Of a stretch of 64,000 nucleotides of DNA, positions 29,667-38,844 are shown piece by piece. The notes beneath the pieces were generated by a model, which worked only from the letters and a program-made list of their open reading frames with translations, ran no database searches and had not been told where the DNA came from. The DNA lies in contig JBBPZQ010000127.1 in assembly GCA_038198935.1 (NCBI GenBank), positions 824 to 64,823 of the forward strand. Direction: 5' to 3'. The first letter of the stretch is position 1. The number at the start of each line of letters is the position of its first letter. The translations under genes and the position numbers were made by a program. This stretch comes from Anaerolineae bacterium (GTDB lineage Bacteria > Chloroflexota > Anaerolineae > JACRMK01).

Positions 29667-30248
29667 ATGCAACTTTCGATCACGGGCCGCAATGTCGAGA
29701 TCACGGAACACACACGAGACTACGTAGATAAGCGGCTGCAGCGCGTCGTGCGCCATTTACCCGCTCTCACCGAAGCGCGCTTCGAACTCACAGTGGAAAG
29801 CACCAAAGGTGCAGAACAGCGCAACGTGGCGCAAGTCACGCTGCGCGCGGGCGGCGTCATTCTGCGCAGCGAGGAGCGCGCGTCCGATTTGTTCACCGCG
29901 ATTGACGCTGTGATGGATCGCGCAGTGCGCCAAGCAGACCGCTTCAAAGGCAAACGACAGCAGAAGCGCAAACGTGCAAACGGACTACACGAGAATGTCG
30001 AGGCGTTCAACCAAGAAGCGGTGCTGACGGCCGAGCCGACGACAGAAGAAGCAGTTGAATCGTATCAACCCATCGTGCGCATCAAACGATTCCAGAGCGC
30101 GCCGATGGAGCCCGAAGAAGCCATCGAGCAAATGGAATTGCTGGGCCACAACTTTTTCGTGTTCTTCAGTAGTGAGGATGGCCAAGTCAACATCCTCTAT
30201 CGCCGCAACGACGGCACTTACGGAGTACTGATCCCCCAAATTGCATAA
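29667..30248 (+). CDS. hpf: ribosome hibernation promoting factor, long form
   Basis: MQLSITGRNVEITE N-terminus; C-terminal dimerisation domain; track ORF 29592..30248 refined. Confidence 0.85.
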   Translation: MQLSITGRNVEITEHTRDYVDKRLQRVVRHLPALTEARFELTVESTKGAEQRNVAQVTLRAGGVILRSEERASDLFTAIDAVMDRAVRQADRFKGKRQQKRKRANGLHENVEAFNQEAVLTAEPTTEEAVESYQPIVRIKRFQSAPMEPEEAIEQMELLGHNFFVFFSSEDGQVNILYRRNDGTYGVLIPQIA

Positions 30249-30267
30249 CCATTGAACCACAGAAATC

Positions 30268-30304
30268 AAAACGGGTAGATCATATTGGATCTACCCGTTT
30301 TTTG
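30268..30304. terminator. bidirectional intrinsic terminator
   Basis: aaaacgggtagatc - atattg - gatctacccgtttttt between convergent hpf and GT2 gene. Confidence 0.75.
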
Positions 30305-30316
30305 TACGCTTGCTTT

Positions 30317-31090
30317 TCACCGTGAAGTGGCCGCTGATGGCGGGATGTGACGCAATTCTCGATACACCTCGAATGTGTACCACGCCATCAGCAGACTCAG
30401 CAGCCAGCCGCGCCAGCCGTCGCGCCAGCCTTGCAGCGTAATAAGACGGCGGCGAAACTCGCGCAGCGGCTGCAACATGAAGTTGTGCGGTCGTGCACGC
30501 GCGCCTTCAGCGAAAAGTTTCTGTGCATCGTAGCGCGCATATTGTTTTTGCTTGCGCACGAACTCGCCGACACTCTCGTAGTTGAGATGAACGAGATGAC
30601 CACGTAGTGTGCCTGCCTCACCATCGAGCACGACAAGTTCGTGCACGGGTCGTGTCGCGTCGTAGTGCGCGCGCGCACGCTGCATCAAGCGCAATTGCCG
30701 ATCGGGATACCAGCCTGTGTGCTTGATCCACGCGCCGAAGATCACGTTCTGACGCGGAATCCAGAAGCCGACGATAGATGGAGAGCGGGATGCGAGAGCC
30801 AGCCCTGCTTCAATTTCGTGGCGCAATTCATCGCTGACTCGCTCGTCCGCGTCCACGAACAGCACCCACTCACCGCACGCCAGCGCGAGTGCAACGTCGC
30901 GCTGCGCAGCATAGTTCACGAAAGCATGCTGCTCGACGCGCGCGCCGAACGCGTGCGCAATTGCGACCGTGCGGTCGCTGCTGAATGAATCCAGCACCAG
31001 CACTTCGTCTGCCCAACGCACGCTGGCGAGACAATCAGGTAAATGTTTTTCTTCGTTGTGCGTGAGGATGACGGCGGAGAGCGAGGGCAT
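30317..31090 (-). CDS. family 2 glycosyltransferase
   Basis: ILTHNEE...VLDSFSSDRT GT-A N-terminus, DxD region. Confidence 0.8.
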   Translation of the reverse strand: MPSLSAVILTHNEEKHLPDCLASVRWADEVLVLDSFSSDRTVAIAHAFGARVEQHAFVNYAAQRDVALALACGEWVLFVDADERVSDELRHEIEAGLALASRSPSIVGFWIPRQNVIFGAWIKHTGWYPDRQLRLMQRARAHYDATRPVHELVVLDGEAGTLRGHLVHLNYESVGEFVRKQKQYARYDAQKLFAEGARARPHNFMLQPLREFRRRLITLQGWRDGWRGWLLSLLMAWYTFEVYRELRHIPPSAATSR

Positions 31091-31140
31091 AGTATCTGGA
31101 AGAGACCTCGCGGGTATTGGAATCCCGCGACGTCCTTTAG

Positions 31141-32145
31141 CTACAGCAGCGCACGTACTTTCGTGAAAGCGTCCAGTAGGCGGGTGCGCTCGTCAGGCGC
31201 CAACGACTCGCGTGAAAGTTTGCGCGCCTCGCTCCACAAACCGAGCCGAATGATCGCGCGAACGAGCGCGACATACTGGGGCGAATGAAACTTATGAAAG
31301 TAGCGCACGCGACTGCGCCACTTGGCAACGAACATCGCGTGGCGGAACTGGCGCGTGGCTTGCCCTTCGTGATGTACGATGCGCGCGCGCGGCTCGCACC
31401 AGATTTGCCAGCTAGCCCGTTTGATGCGCCGACACCAGTCCACTTCTTCGACGTACATGAAGTACGCCTCGTCCATCAAGCCGACCTGCTCAATCACGTC
31501 GCGCCTCGCGAGCATGCACGCGCCGAGTGGATGATCAATCTCGAACGGTGTGTTGCGTTGTGGGTAGCGTCCGTTCAGGCGCGAATTGATCAAGCGCCCA
31601 TGCAGCGGAAAAAAATCGAAAATGGTTTGCGCCAGGCCAGGGAAGCGAAACGCCGAATGCTGAAAGCGTCCATCCGCAAACGTCAATTGCGCGCCAACGA
31701 CGCCCGCGCGCGGGTGTGCTCGTATAAAGCGTAACAGCGTTACAACCGCATCGGGCTGCACTTCCGTGTCGGGATTGAGGAGCAGAATGTATTCGGGTAA
31801 TCCACCCTCACCCCGGCCCTCTCCCTGCAAGGGAGTGGGCCGGGGTGAGGGCTGCCCCCTAAACCCCAACTCCCGCAAAGCCACGTTGTTCGCTGCCGCG
31901 AATCCTCGATTACTGTCGAGCGCGATCACGCGCACACACGGAAACTCGTCACGCACCATCGCGGCACTGCCGTCGCTCGACGCATTGTCCACGACGATAG
32001 GTTGCGGCGCGACGCCCTCGCTTGCCAACAGCGCGCTTAGGCATCGGCGCAGCAACTCGCGCGTGTTATAGCTGACGATGATGACGGGAAGATGTTCTTG
32101 ACCGCCGCTTGCCGACTGCCGTCTGCCGTCCATCTCAGAACCCAA
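31141..32145 (-). CDS. family 2 glycosyltransferase carrying an in-frame palindromic element
   Basis: VIIVSYNTRELL...VVDNASSDGS; insertion encodes RGQPSPRPTPLQGEGRGEGGLPE. Confidence 0.8.
   Translation of the reverse strand: MGSEMDGRRQSASGGQEHLPVIIVSYNTRELLRRCLSALLASEGVAPQPIVVDNASSDGSAAMVRDEFPCVRVIALDSNRGFAAANNVALRELGFRGQPSPRPTPLQGEGRGEGGLPEYILLLNPDTEVQPDAVVTLLRFIRAHPRAGVVGAQLTFADGRFQHSAFRFPGLAQTIFDFFPLHGRLINSRLNGRYPQRNTPFEIDHPLGACMLARRDVIEQVGLMDEAYFMYVEEVDWCRRIKRASWQIWCEPRARIVHHEGQATRQFRHAMFVAKWRSRVRYFHKFHSPQYVALVRAIIRLGLWSEARKLSRESLAPDERTRLLDAFTKVRALL
31802..31870. repeat. GC-rich palindromic element, in frame within GT2 gene (family copy B)
   Basis: ccaccctcaccccggccc-tctccctgcaagggag-tgggccggggtgaggg, near-perfect palindrome. 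Confidence 0.7.
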
Positions 32146-33343
32146 TCGTCACGCGCGTCGGCGCGATGCGGTCGTCCACAATGCGCACCTGTTCGTGCAG
32201 CAGTCCGACCCAGAAGAACGGATTCACCAAACTGAATTGCGTTTTGTCCACTAGCTTGATCGAGCCGCTAACGACGACACGCTGGTTCGGCATCAAATAA
32301 TAATATTTATGCGCGTTGATGGTACGCGTCGTCAGGTCGCTTTCTTTGCCAAGCCCCCAGCGATACGGATAGGCGCGCCCCGACGAGTTGCCCTCGAAGT
32401 CCACGCCGACGCGGAACACGCCAGGCTCTTCATATTGGCTCATGGCGTTGAAGTTTTCGAGCGACGTGTATTGCGTGCCGCTCCACGGCCCCTTCGTGCG
32501 GATCGGAACCGTGCCGACGTTCGCCACCGTCGCCGTGAATATTAGCGCAGCGCCGATGGGCACGGATGTTGGCGCGATGCTCGCCGTCGCGCCGACGATT
32601 TCCGCGCGCGGCACGCCGCCTTCTGCAATCGTGAGCGTCGCCGTCTTGCGCACAACGTTCCCCGCCGAATCCGTCGCTTCGGCGATGACTTGATAGGTGC
32701 CGTCGGGCGGCGGCGGCGCGCCGAGATCAACGCCGCCTTCGTAGTCGTAGGTGTGTACGCCCGCCTCACCGGACTTCACGGCATTATCTCTGCGCTCCGC
32801 GATGGGCCACTTGTGACCATCGCCGCCGAGCAAATACACGAATACGTCCGCTTTCTTCGTGAGGTTGTACGTGATGCTCACGCGGTCGTCCACGCCGTCG
32901 CGGTTCGGCGTGAAGTGATCCGGGAAGACCGTGAAGTTTTGGATGTCGGGTAACTGCGTGTCGGAATCCTTCACGCTGATGGTGCGTTCCATGCGCATCG
33001 GCGTGCCGCCGTCCGTCGGACTGGCTTCGATGAGCAGCGTGTATGTGCCGTTGGGCATCACCGTGCCACTGACGACGCCGCCGAACAGCAGATCGTAATC
33101 GCCCGCCGCACGCGCTTGGTTGCCGCGCAGCGCATACACTCTGCCGTCGCTCGCGCGCAGCGTGATCGTCACGTTGGCGTTCGCCGACAGCGAGTATTGC
33201 AGCTCCGCCACATCGTCCCTGCCGTCGCCGTTCGGCGTAATCACGTCAGGATGGACATCCACTTTCGTCAGCAACGGTTGCGTTCCGCACGCGGCGAGGC
33301 TGAGCAGCAGGCAGAGCGCGACAATTTTTGGAAGAACGTTCAT
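32135..33343 (-). CDS. lipoprotein with Ig-like/beta-sandwich repeats
   Basis: Signal plus lipobox LAAC; track ORF 32135..33481 trimmed to MNVLPKIV; repeated ...TPNGDGRDD / TPNRDGVDD units. Confidence 0.55.
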   Translation of the reverse strand: MNVLPKIVALCLLLSLAACGTQPLLTKVDVHPDVITPNGDGRDDVAELQYSLSANANVTITLRASDGRVYALRGNQARAAGDYDLLFGGVVSGTVMPNGTYTLLIEASPTDGGTPMRMERTISVKDSDTQLPDIQNFTVFPDHFTPNRDGVDDRVSITYNLTKKADVFVYLLGGDGHKWPIAERRDNAVKSGEAGVHTYDYEGGVDLGAPPPPDGTYQVIAEATDSAGNVVRKTATLTIAEGGVPRAEIVGATASIAPTSVPIGAALIFTATVANVGTVPIRTKGPWSGTQYTSLENFNAMSQYEEPGVFRVGVDFEGNSSGRAYPYRWGLGKESDLTTRTINAHKYYYLMPNQRVVVSGSIKLVDKTQFSLVNPFFWVGLLHEQVRIVDDRIAPTRVTIGF

Positions 33344-33398
33344 CGAGATAATTTCAAAACAATCACACAAGGCAACCACCAAGACCCTAAGGCGCAAG

Positions 33399-33432
33399 GA
33401 CACAAAGAAGCATAGTTCTGAAACTTTGTGTC
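33399..33432 (-). terminator. hairpin downstream of GT-C gene
   Basis: gacacaaag - 16 nt - ctttgtgtc. Confidence 0.4.
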
Positions 33433-33578
33433 TCCGTGTCTTGGTGTCTTTGCGGATAAATCGTTCAGCCACTTTTAACACACGCTATGATGTCTTGATT
33501 GTGTGGACACAAAAATTTCTGGAGCATTCGCCCCAGAATCGCCGCGAGTCTAACAGAGGGGGTGCGCGTCGTCAAATG

Positions 33579-36500
33579 TCAGCGCACGACGACACGCACG
33601 CCGAGCGTTGCAGCGCTGATCGCAGTCGGCGGCGGCGGCGAGCCTTGCAGAAGTAGTCGCTCGTTCGTGCGCGAGTCGTACAAGCCGACCTCGACGACAT
33701 AGACGCCCACAGGCGTGCTGCGCGGAACCGTCAACTCATAGGAATCGCTAATGAATTCGCCGGGCACCCACGCCGGCGTAGGGCGCGCGCCGTTCCCGGG
33801 CACCGCATCGCGTTGCGCCACAATACCCGCGCCTTCAGCGTTAGCTGGCACGCGCGCGGGATCAGCGAGCAGATGCACGAACACGCTGTACGATGCGCTT
33901 ACACGCTGCAACGAGCGCCAATACAACGTCACACGCAGCACGTCGCCCGCGCTCACCGTTGTCGTGCCTTGCACCGTCGAGCGCAGCGTCGGCAGCGGCA
34001 GGATGTCGTAGCCGTACAATTGAATCGCACTGCCGAATCGCTCGACATCTACCACGCGCGGTACGGGCGGGCGAAAGACGCGCGTGCTCGGCTGCACGTG
34101 CAGATCGCCGAGCGCGACGGCTGCGCCAACTTGTTTGTTGTTATGGTCGAACAGCAACAGTCGCAAGATGCGGTCGCCGGGCAAGAGGTCGTTCGGTAGG
34201 AAGTACGTATATTGCGCGCGCGCGATCTCGCCCGGCCGCCATTTGCTCGTCGCATAGCCCGACACCAACTCGTTGCGCTCGAACTCGAAGCGCGGGTTAT
34301 CGCCGTCGGGAGCGCGCTGCATTTGGAACGCGACGGTGAAGTCTTCTTTGGGCGGAGTCACGGCGCGCCAATAGACCGTGATGGCGATCGGGTCGCCGGG
34401 CTCCGCCTTGTCCTTGTCCATGTCGAAGCCGAGCATCTCGATGCTGCTGCCGAAATTGAAGCGCAGCGGATGTTTGATCTTCAACTTCTCGATGGCGGGC
34501 TGCGCCTTAGCGCGCTCGACGGGAATCGGTTGCAGCACGATGAATTTGCTGCGCGCGTTGCCTGCTGCGTCCAGCACGTCCAGACCTTCTGTGTTATCAC
34601 GCGTGTAGAGCGTGACTTCCAGTTGCTCGCTGCCGGGCGGCGTTGCCAATTCGAGCGGCACCGTAAACTTGCCGAACAGCAGATCACCTTTTTTCCAGCG
34701 CGTCGTCGGATAGTTGTACGCGCCCGGCCGCCCATCGTAGCTGCCGAGCAAGAATTGGCCCGACCCATCGCGCACTCGCAGCGCCACCTGATAATCTTTT
34801 TGCAAATCGGCGAGCGCGCGCCAATACAGTGTCACGCGGACGCCTTGATCGGCGGGCGGCGGCGCATCGGGCAACGTATAGCCAAGCAACTCGATCTGAT
34901 TGCCGAAGTTCACGCTCAGCGGATGTTGAATTTGCGGCTTGTCGGCGAATGTGACGCCCGCGGGAATATCATAGTGCAATACCTGCACGCCGAAGAACTC
35001 TTGCGCTGCGATGCGCTTCGCTTGCGAATCAAGGATAGTCGTCACAAAACCGTTCGGGTCAACCACGTCGTTCTGCCACAGCACGACCCACGCGCCGCGC
35101 TTGTTCCTCAGCGCGCGGTTCAAATCGTTGGCGACGTTGTAGCCGAGCACGCGTTGCGTGTCGAGCGTGGCGATGTCGGGCAGACGCACTTCCTGTGCAC
35201 CCCGATCATAATATTCATAGACGGGGAACATATGGCCCGATACCAGCACGGTCGGCTCGCCGCTCACGCGCTGCGCTTGGATGGCGCGGGCTGCGCCGCG
35301 GAAATCATCTTTGCCGAACGCGGCGTCGAAATACAAATTGTTGTCGGCGATCAATGTCGTCGCCAGCACGAACATGCCGACGACGCTCGCCAGCGGTAGC
35401 GCGAAGTAGTGGCGGCGCGAATGGGCCGGCGTGTTAACAAACTGCATGGTGAACGTGGCAACCGTCACCGCGACAAGGATGATAAACGGCGGCGAAGCGA
35501 TCATCAAGTAGCGCGGCTCGAACTTCGGGCGCGCATACGAGACGAGGTACAGCAGCACGAATGGCACGATGAGCCACAGCAGCAAAAACCAGCGCACGGC
35601 CGTCGTGCCCGTCAGCGATTGACGGAACGGATTGTCGTCGGACGATTTCAAGCGATCGGTGCGGATGCTGCGAATCGCGACGACGCCAAACAGCGCAAGC
35701 AGCACGAAGCCCAGCGCGACGGCGACGGCTTGCTCTTCGAGCATGCTTTGCCCTACGCTGAACAGCGCAAACGTCTTGCGCAGGACTTCGCCGAGCGGCA
35801 GCGTGCCCTCGTAGAAACTCTGGTCGGCGCCGAAACGTGCGACGGCGAACTGCGCCCACGGCAGGTATGCCGCGCCGACGAGCGCGGCACTGCTCAGTCC
35901 CGCCAGCAGCATCAGCCAGCGTGTCTCCTGCCGCACCCACCAGATGAAAAAGTATAGTGCCTGAAACGCGACGACAAAGAAGCCGTAGAAATGCAAATAC
36001 ACTGCGAGCACGTCGAGCAACGTCCACGCCAGCCACCACTGCCACGTCGCGCGCTCCGTCCAGCGCCAGAACGCATACGACGACAGCACCGTCAGCAGCA
36101 CGAGCCATTCGTACATGCGCGCTTCTTGGGCGTACCAGATGTACAGCGGCGAGAGCGCGGCCATAAGCGCGGCGACCCATGCGACGGGTTCGTTCAGCAA
36201 GCGGCGCGCGAGGATGAAGAACGCGGGCACCAGCAGCACGCCTGCCATGAGTGACAGATAGCGCAGCGCGAACTCGCTCGCACCCGCCGCACTCATCCAG
36301 AAGTGCAAGACGAGGTAATACAGCGGCGGGTGAATGTCGGCTGCGGTGCGCGCGATGATCTGGTCGAGCGGATGCGACGACAGCCACCAACTAAAGCCTT
36401 CGTCATACCACAGAGATTGGTAATCGAGATGAAACAGCCGCAGCGCAAACGCGAGGAAGCACAACGACAACAGGAGCGAGCGACGGTTCAGGAGCGAACG

Positions 36501-36605
36501 AATCCCCGCCCAAGCCACGCGCGGAAGGGTAGGGCTTGTCCTGAGTGCAGTCGTAGGAGTGGGGGTATGGTTCGCGCTCGTCATCGCGACTAATCTTAAC
36601 GACAA
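33579..36605 (-). CDS. GT-C superfamily membrane glycosyltransferase (GT39/PMT_2/ArnT-like) with three C-terminal beta-domain repeats
   Basis: About 12 TM N-terminal region with YDEGF motif; C-terminal repeats each starting ...VTLYWRA.../...ITVYWRAV... Confidence 0.7.
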   Translation of the reverse strand: MSLRLVAMTSANHTPTPTTALRTSPTLPRVAWAGIRSLLNRRSLLLSLCFLAFALRLFHLDYQSLWYDEGFSWWLSSHPLDQIIARTAADIHPPLYYLVLHFWMSAAGASEFALRYLSLMAGVLLVPAFFILARRLLNEPVAWVAALMAALSPLYIWYAQEARMYEWLVLLTVLSSYAFWRWTERATWQWWLAWTLLDVLAVYLHFYGFFVVAFQALYFFIWWVRQETRWLMLLAGLSSAALVGAAYLPWAQFAVARFGADQSFYEGTLPLGEVLRKTFALFSVGQSMLEEQAVAVALGFVLLALFGVVAIRSIRTDRLKSSDDNPFRQSLTGTTAVRWFLLLWLIVPFVLLYLVSYARPKFEPRYLMIASPPFIILVAVTVATFTMQFVNTPAHSRRHYFALPLASVVGMFVLATTLIADNNLYFDAAFGKDDFRGAARAIQAQRVSGEPTVLVSGHMFPVYEYYDRGAQEVRLPDIATLDTQRVLGYNVANDLNRALRNKRGAWVVLWQNDVVDPNGFVTTILDSQAKRIAAQEFFGVQVLHYDIPAGVTFADKPQIQHPLSVNFGNQIELLGYTLPDAPPPADQGVRVTLYWRALADLQKDYQVALRVRDGSGQFLLGSYDGRPGAYNYPTTRWKKGDLLFGKFTVPLELATPPGSEQLEVTLYTRDNTEGLDVLDAAGNARSKFIVLQPIPVERAKAQPAIEKLKIKHPLRFNFGSSIEMLGFDMDKDKAEPGDPIAITVYWRAVTPPKEDFTVAFQMQRAPDGDNPRFEFERNELVSGYATSKWRPGEIARAQYTYFLPNDLLPGDRILRLLLFDHNNKQVGAAVALGDLHVQPSTRVFRPPVPRVVDVERFGSAIQLYGYDILPLPTLRSTVQGTTTVSAGDVLRVTLYWRSLQRVSASYSVFVHLLADPARVPANAEGAGIVAQRDAVPGNGARPTPAWVPGEFISDSYELTVPRSTPVGVYVVEVGLYDSRTNERLLLQGSPPPPTAISAATLGVRVVVR

Positions 36606-36715
36606 CGCGCGCGTGCGTCAATTACAACGAGCTGAGCTGTGCAAACGAAACGGTACTTGCAATTCAGCCCACCTTAGTTGAAGCACCGATACGCGCGTGA
36701 TATAATCACGAAGAG

Positions 36716-37453
36716 ATGACGACGTTTATTTTGGTGCGGCACGCGACGAACGATTGGGTGAAGAAGAATCGGCTGCCGGGCTGGACGGCGGGCATTCATC
36801 TGAACGAGGACGGACGCAAACAGGCGCAAGCCGCCGCCGAGCGACTCATGCCCGTGAAGGTGAGCGCGATTTACGCGAGCCACCTCGAACGCGCCATCGA
36901 GACGGCGGAGTTCATCGCGGGGGGCCGCAATCTCGAAGTGCAAGTGCGCGAGAACCTCGCCGACTTAAAAACGGGCGATTGGACGGGCCGCTCGGTGAAG
37001 CAAGCCGCGCGCTCGAAGTTGTGGAAGGACATCCAGCAGCGCCCGACGCACACACGGATGCCCGGCGGCGAATCGTTCAGCGAGATGCAGGGGCGACTCG
37101 TCGGCGAACTCGAACGCATTCGGGCGGCGCACCGCAAGGGCACCGTCGTCGTCGTCTCACATGCGGATGCGATCAAGGCGATGGTCGCGCATTACTTGAA
37201 ACTCGACCTCGATCAGTTCCAGCGCATCATCATCAGCCCTGCGTCCATCAGCATCGTTCACGCCGACGAGCATGGCACGCGCCTGCTGCGCCTGAACGAC
37301 ACGGGCCCACTGCCGCCCACAGCGCCGAAGAAGCGCAGGCGAAAGACAGATGAGGGCGGACGGAAGCGGGCGAGGCGCAATGGGCATCCGTCGTCCAAGG
37401 CCACACGTCCAACAACCAAAATCAAACGTCGTCCGTCTGCACACTCGTCCTAA
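36716..37453 (+). CDS. histidine phosphatase superfamily (phosphoglycerate mutase-like) with Lys/Arg-rich tail
   Basis: LVRHATNDW (RHG motif) and second His region SHADAIKA. Confidence 0.75.
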   Translation: MTTFILVRHATNDWVKKNRLPGWTAGIHLNEDGRKQAQAAAERLMPVKVSAIYASHLERAIETAEFIAGGRNLEVQVRENLADLKTGDWTGRSVKQAARSKLWKDIQQRPTHTRMPGGESFSEMQGRLVGELERIRAAHRKGTVVVVSHADAIKAMVAHYLKLDLDQFQRIIISPASISIVHADEHGTRLLRLNDTGPLPPTAPKKRRRKTDEGGRKRARRNGHPSSKATRPTTKIKRRPSAHSS

Positions 37454-37462
37454 AGCGAATCT

Positions 37463-37963
37463 ATGCCGAACATCCTATACGAATTCAATCCGGTGACGCG
37501 CATCGTCGCCGATGCAATAGGCGAGCCCGGCAATCGCACGTTCTACTTGCAGGCAAAGCAGAGCCGCACCACGGTAACGCTCATCATCGAGAAGTTTCAA
37601 GCTCAGGCGCTCGCCGAAGGGATAGACGAATTGCTGGAGAAACTCGGCGGACCGCCGACCGCCAGCACGAGCGAACTGCACCTCGAAGAACCGATGGAGC
37701 CGTTGTTCCGCGTCGGACAGATGGGGCTGGGGCACGACGAGTTAAGCGACCGCATGATTATCGTCGCCTACGAAGTGCCGGAAACCGAAGAGACCGATCC
37801 CGACACACTCAACGCGGTGCGCCTCTGGATGTCGCGCGAGCAGGCGCGCGCGCTGGCGATGCACGCACTCGTCGCGGTGTCTGGCGGGCGACCGTTGTGC
37901 GTGCTGTGCGGCAACCCGATTGACCCCGCAGGGCACTTCTGCCCAAAACGGAATGGACATTGA
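37463..37963 (+). CDS. DUF3090-family protein with C-terminal Cys cluster
   Basis: Conserved YEFNPVTRIVADAIGEPGNRTFYLQA N-terminus; C-terminal CVLCGNP...HFCP. Confidence 0.6.
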   Translation: MPNILYEFNPVTRIVADAIGEPGNRTFYLQAKQSRTTVTLIIEKFQAQALAEGIDELLEKLGGPPTASTSELHLEEPMEPLFRVGQMGLGHDELSDRMIIVAYEVPETEETDPDTLNAVRLWMSREQARALAMHALVAVSGGRPLCVLCGNPIDPAGHFCPKRNGH

Positions 37964-38035
37964 ATGAGTAGCCAGTCGTCAGTCGCCAGTGGCCCGACGG
38001 TTCTCATCTGACGACTGACGCCTGAGTACTGTTCT

Positions 38036-38824
38036 ATGGCAAAGCGCCGCCGAAGTTCCGCGAGAGAAAGTCGCACGATTCAAATCCCCGACGCGCATTT
38101 CCAAAATCTGCCGCAAGCACAAATTGTCGCGCTGCTGACGAACGGAGAGATGGAACTGGAAGGCATCATGCCGTGGAGTTCCAATTACACCTTCCTCGCG
38201 CGCGTCACGCAGGACGATTTGCAGCTGCTCGTCATCTACAAACCGTGCAAAGGTGAGCGACCGCTGTGGGACTTTCCGCACGGGACGCTGTGCAAGCGCG
38301 AGGTCGCGGCGTTTCTGCTCAGCGAGTCACTCGGTTGGGGTCACGTCCCGCCGACGGTGCTGCGCGATGGTCCACACGGACTCGGCTCGGTGCAATTGTT
38401 TATTGATTGCGACGCGGAGCAGCACTACTTCACATTGAAGGACGAGCACGCCGACGAGTTCAAGCGTCTGGCTGTGTTCGACGCGCTATTGAACAACACC
38501 GATCGCAAAGGCGGCCACTGCCTGATTGATCACAACGGCAAGATTTGGGCGATTGATCACGGCGTCACGTTCCACTGCGAGCCAAAACTGCGCACCGTGA
38601 TCTGGGACTACGCGGGGGAGAAAATTCCGGCTGCGGTGATGAATGACTTGAAGCAATTGCAGCAGCGCATGTGCGGCAATGCGCTGATAGCGCGCGAACT
38701 GCACGCGCTGCTCGACCGCGACGAAATTGACGCGCTGCTGGGCCGCCTCAATGAATTAATCGAGATGGGCACGTTCCCCGAACCGAACTCCGACTGGTAT
38801 ACCATTCCTTGGCCGCCAGTGTAG
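38036..38824 (+). CDS. SCO1664-family protein, PI3/PI4-kinase-like atypical kinase fold
   Basis: Catalytic-loop-like NTDRKGGHCLID and DFG-like IDHG motifs. Confidence 0.6.
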   Translation: MAKRRRSSARESRTIQIPDAHFQNLPQAQIVALLTNGEMELEGIMPWSSNYTFLARVTQDDLQLLVIYKPCKGERPLWDFPHGTLCKREVAAFLLSESLGWGHVPPTVLRDGPHGLGSVQLFIDCDAEQHYFTLKDEHADEFKRLAVFDALLNNTDRKGGHCLIDHNGKIWAIDHGVTFHCEPKLRTVIWDYAGEKIPAAVMNDLKQLQQRMCGNALIARELHALLDRDEIDALLGRLNELIEMGTFPEPNSDWYTIPWPPV

Positions 38825-38844
38825 AGTCGTTGCATGCAACATCT

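Noticed and set aside
34212-35399. 395-aa plus-strand ORF and other frames overlapping the 1008-aa GT-C gene
   Set aside because: It is antisense or an alternative frame of a gene with clear TM and repeat structure, and it is Arg-rich junk.
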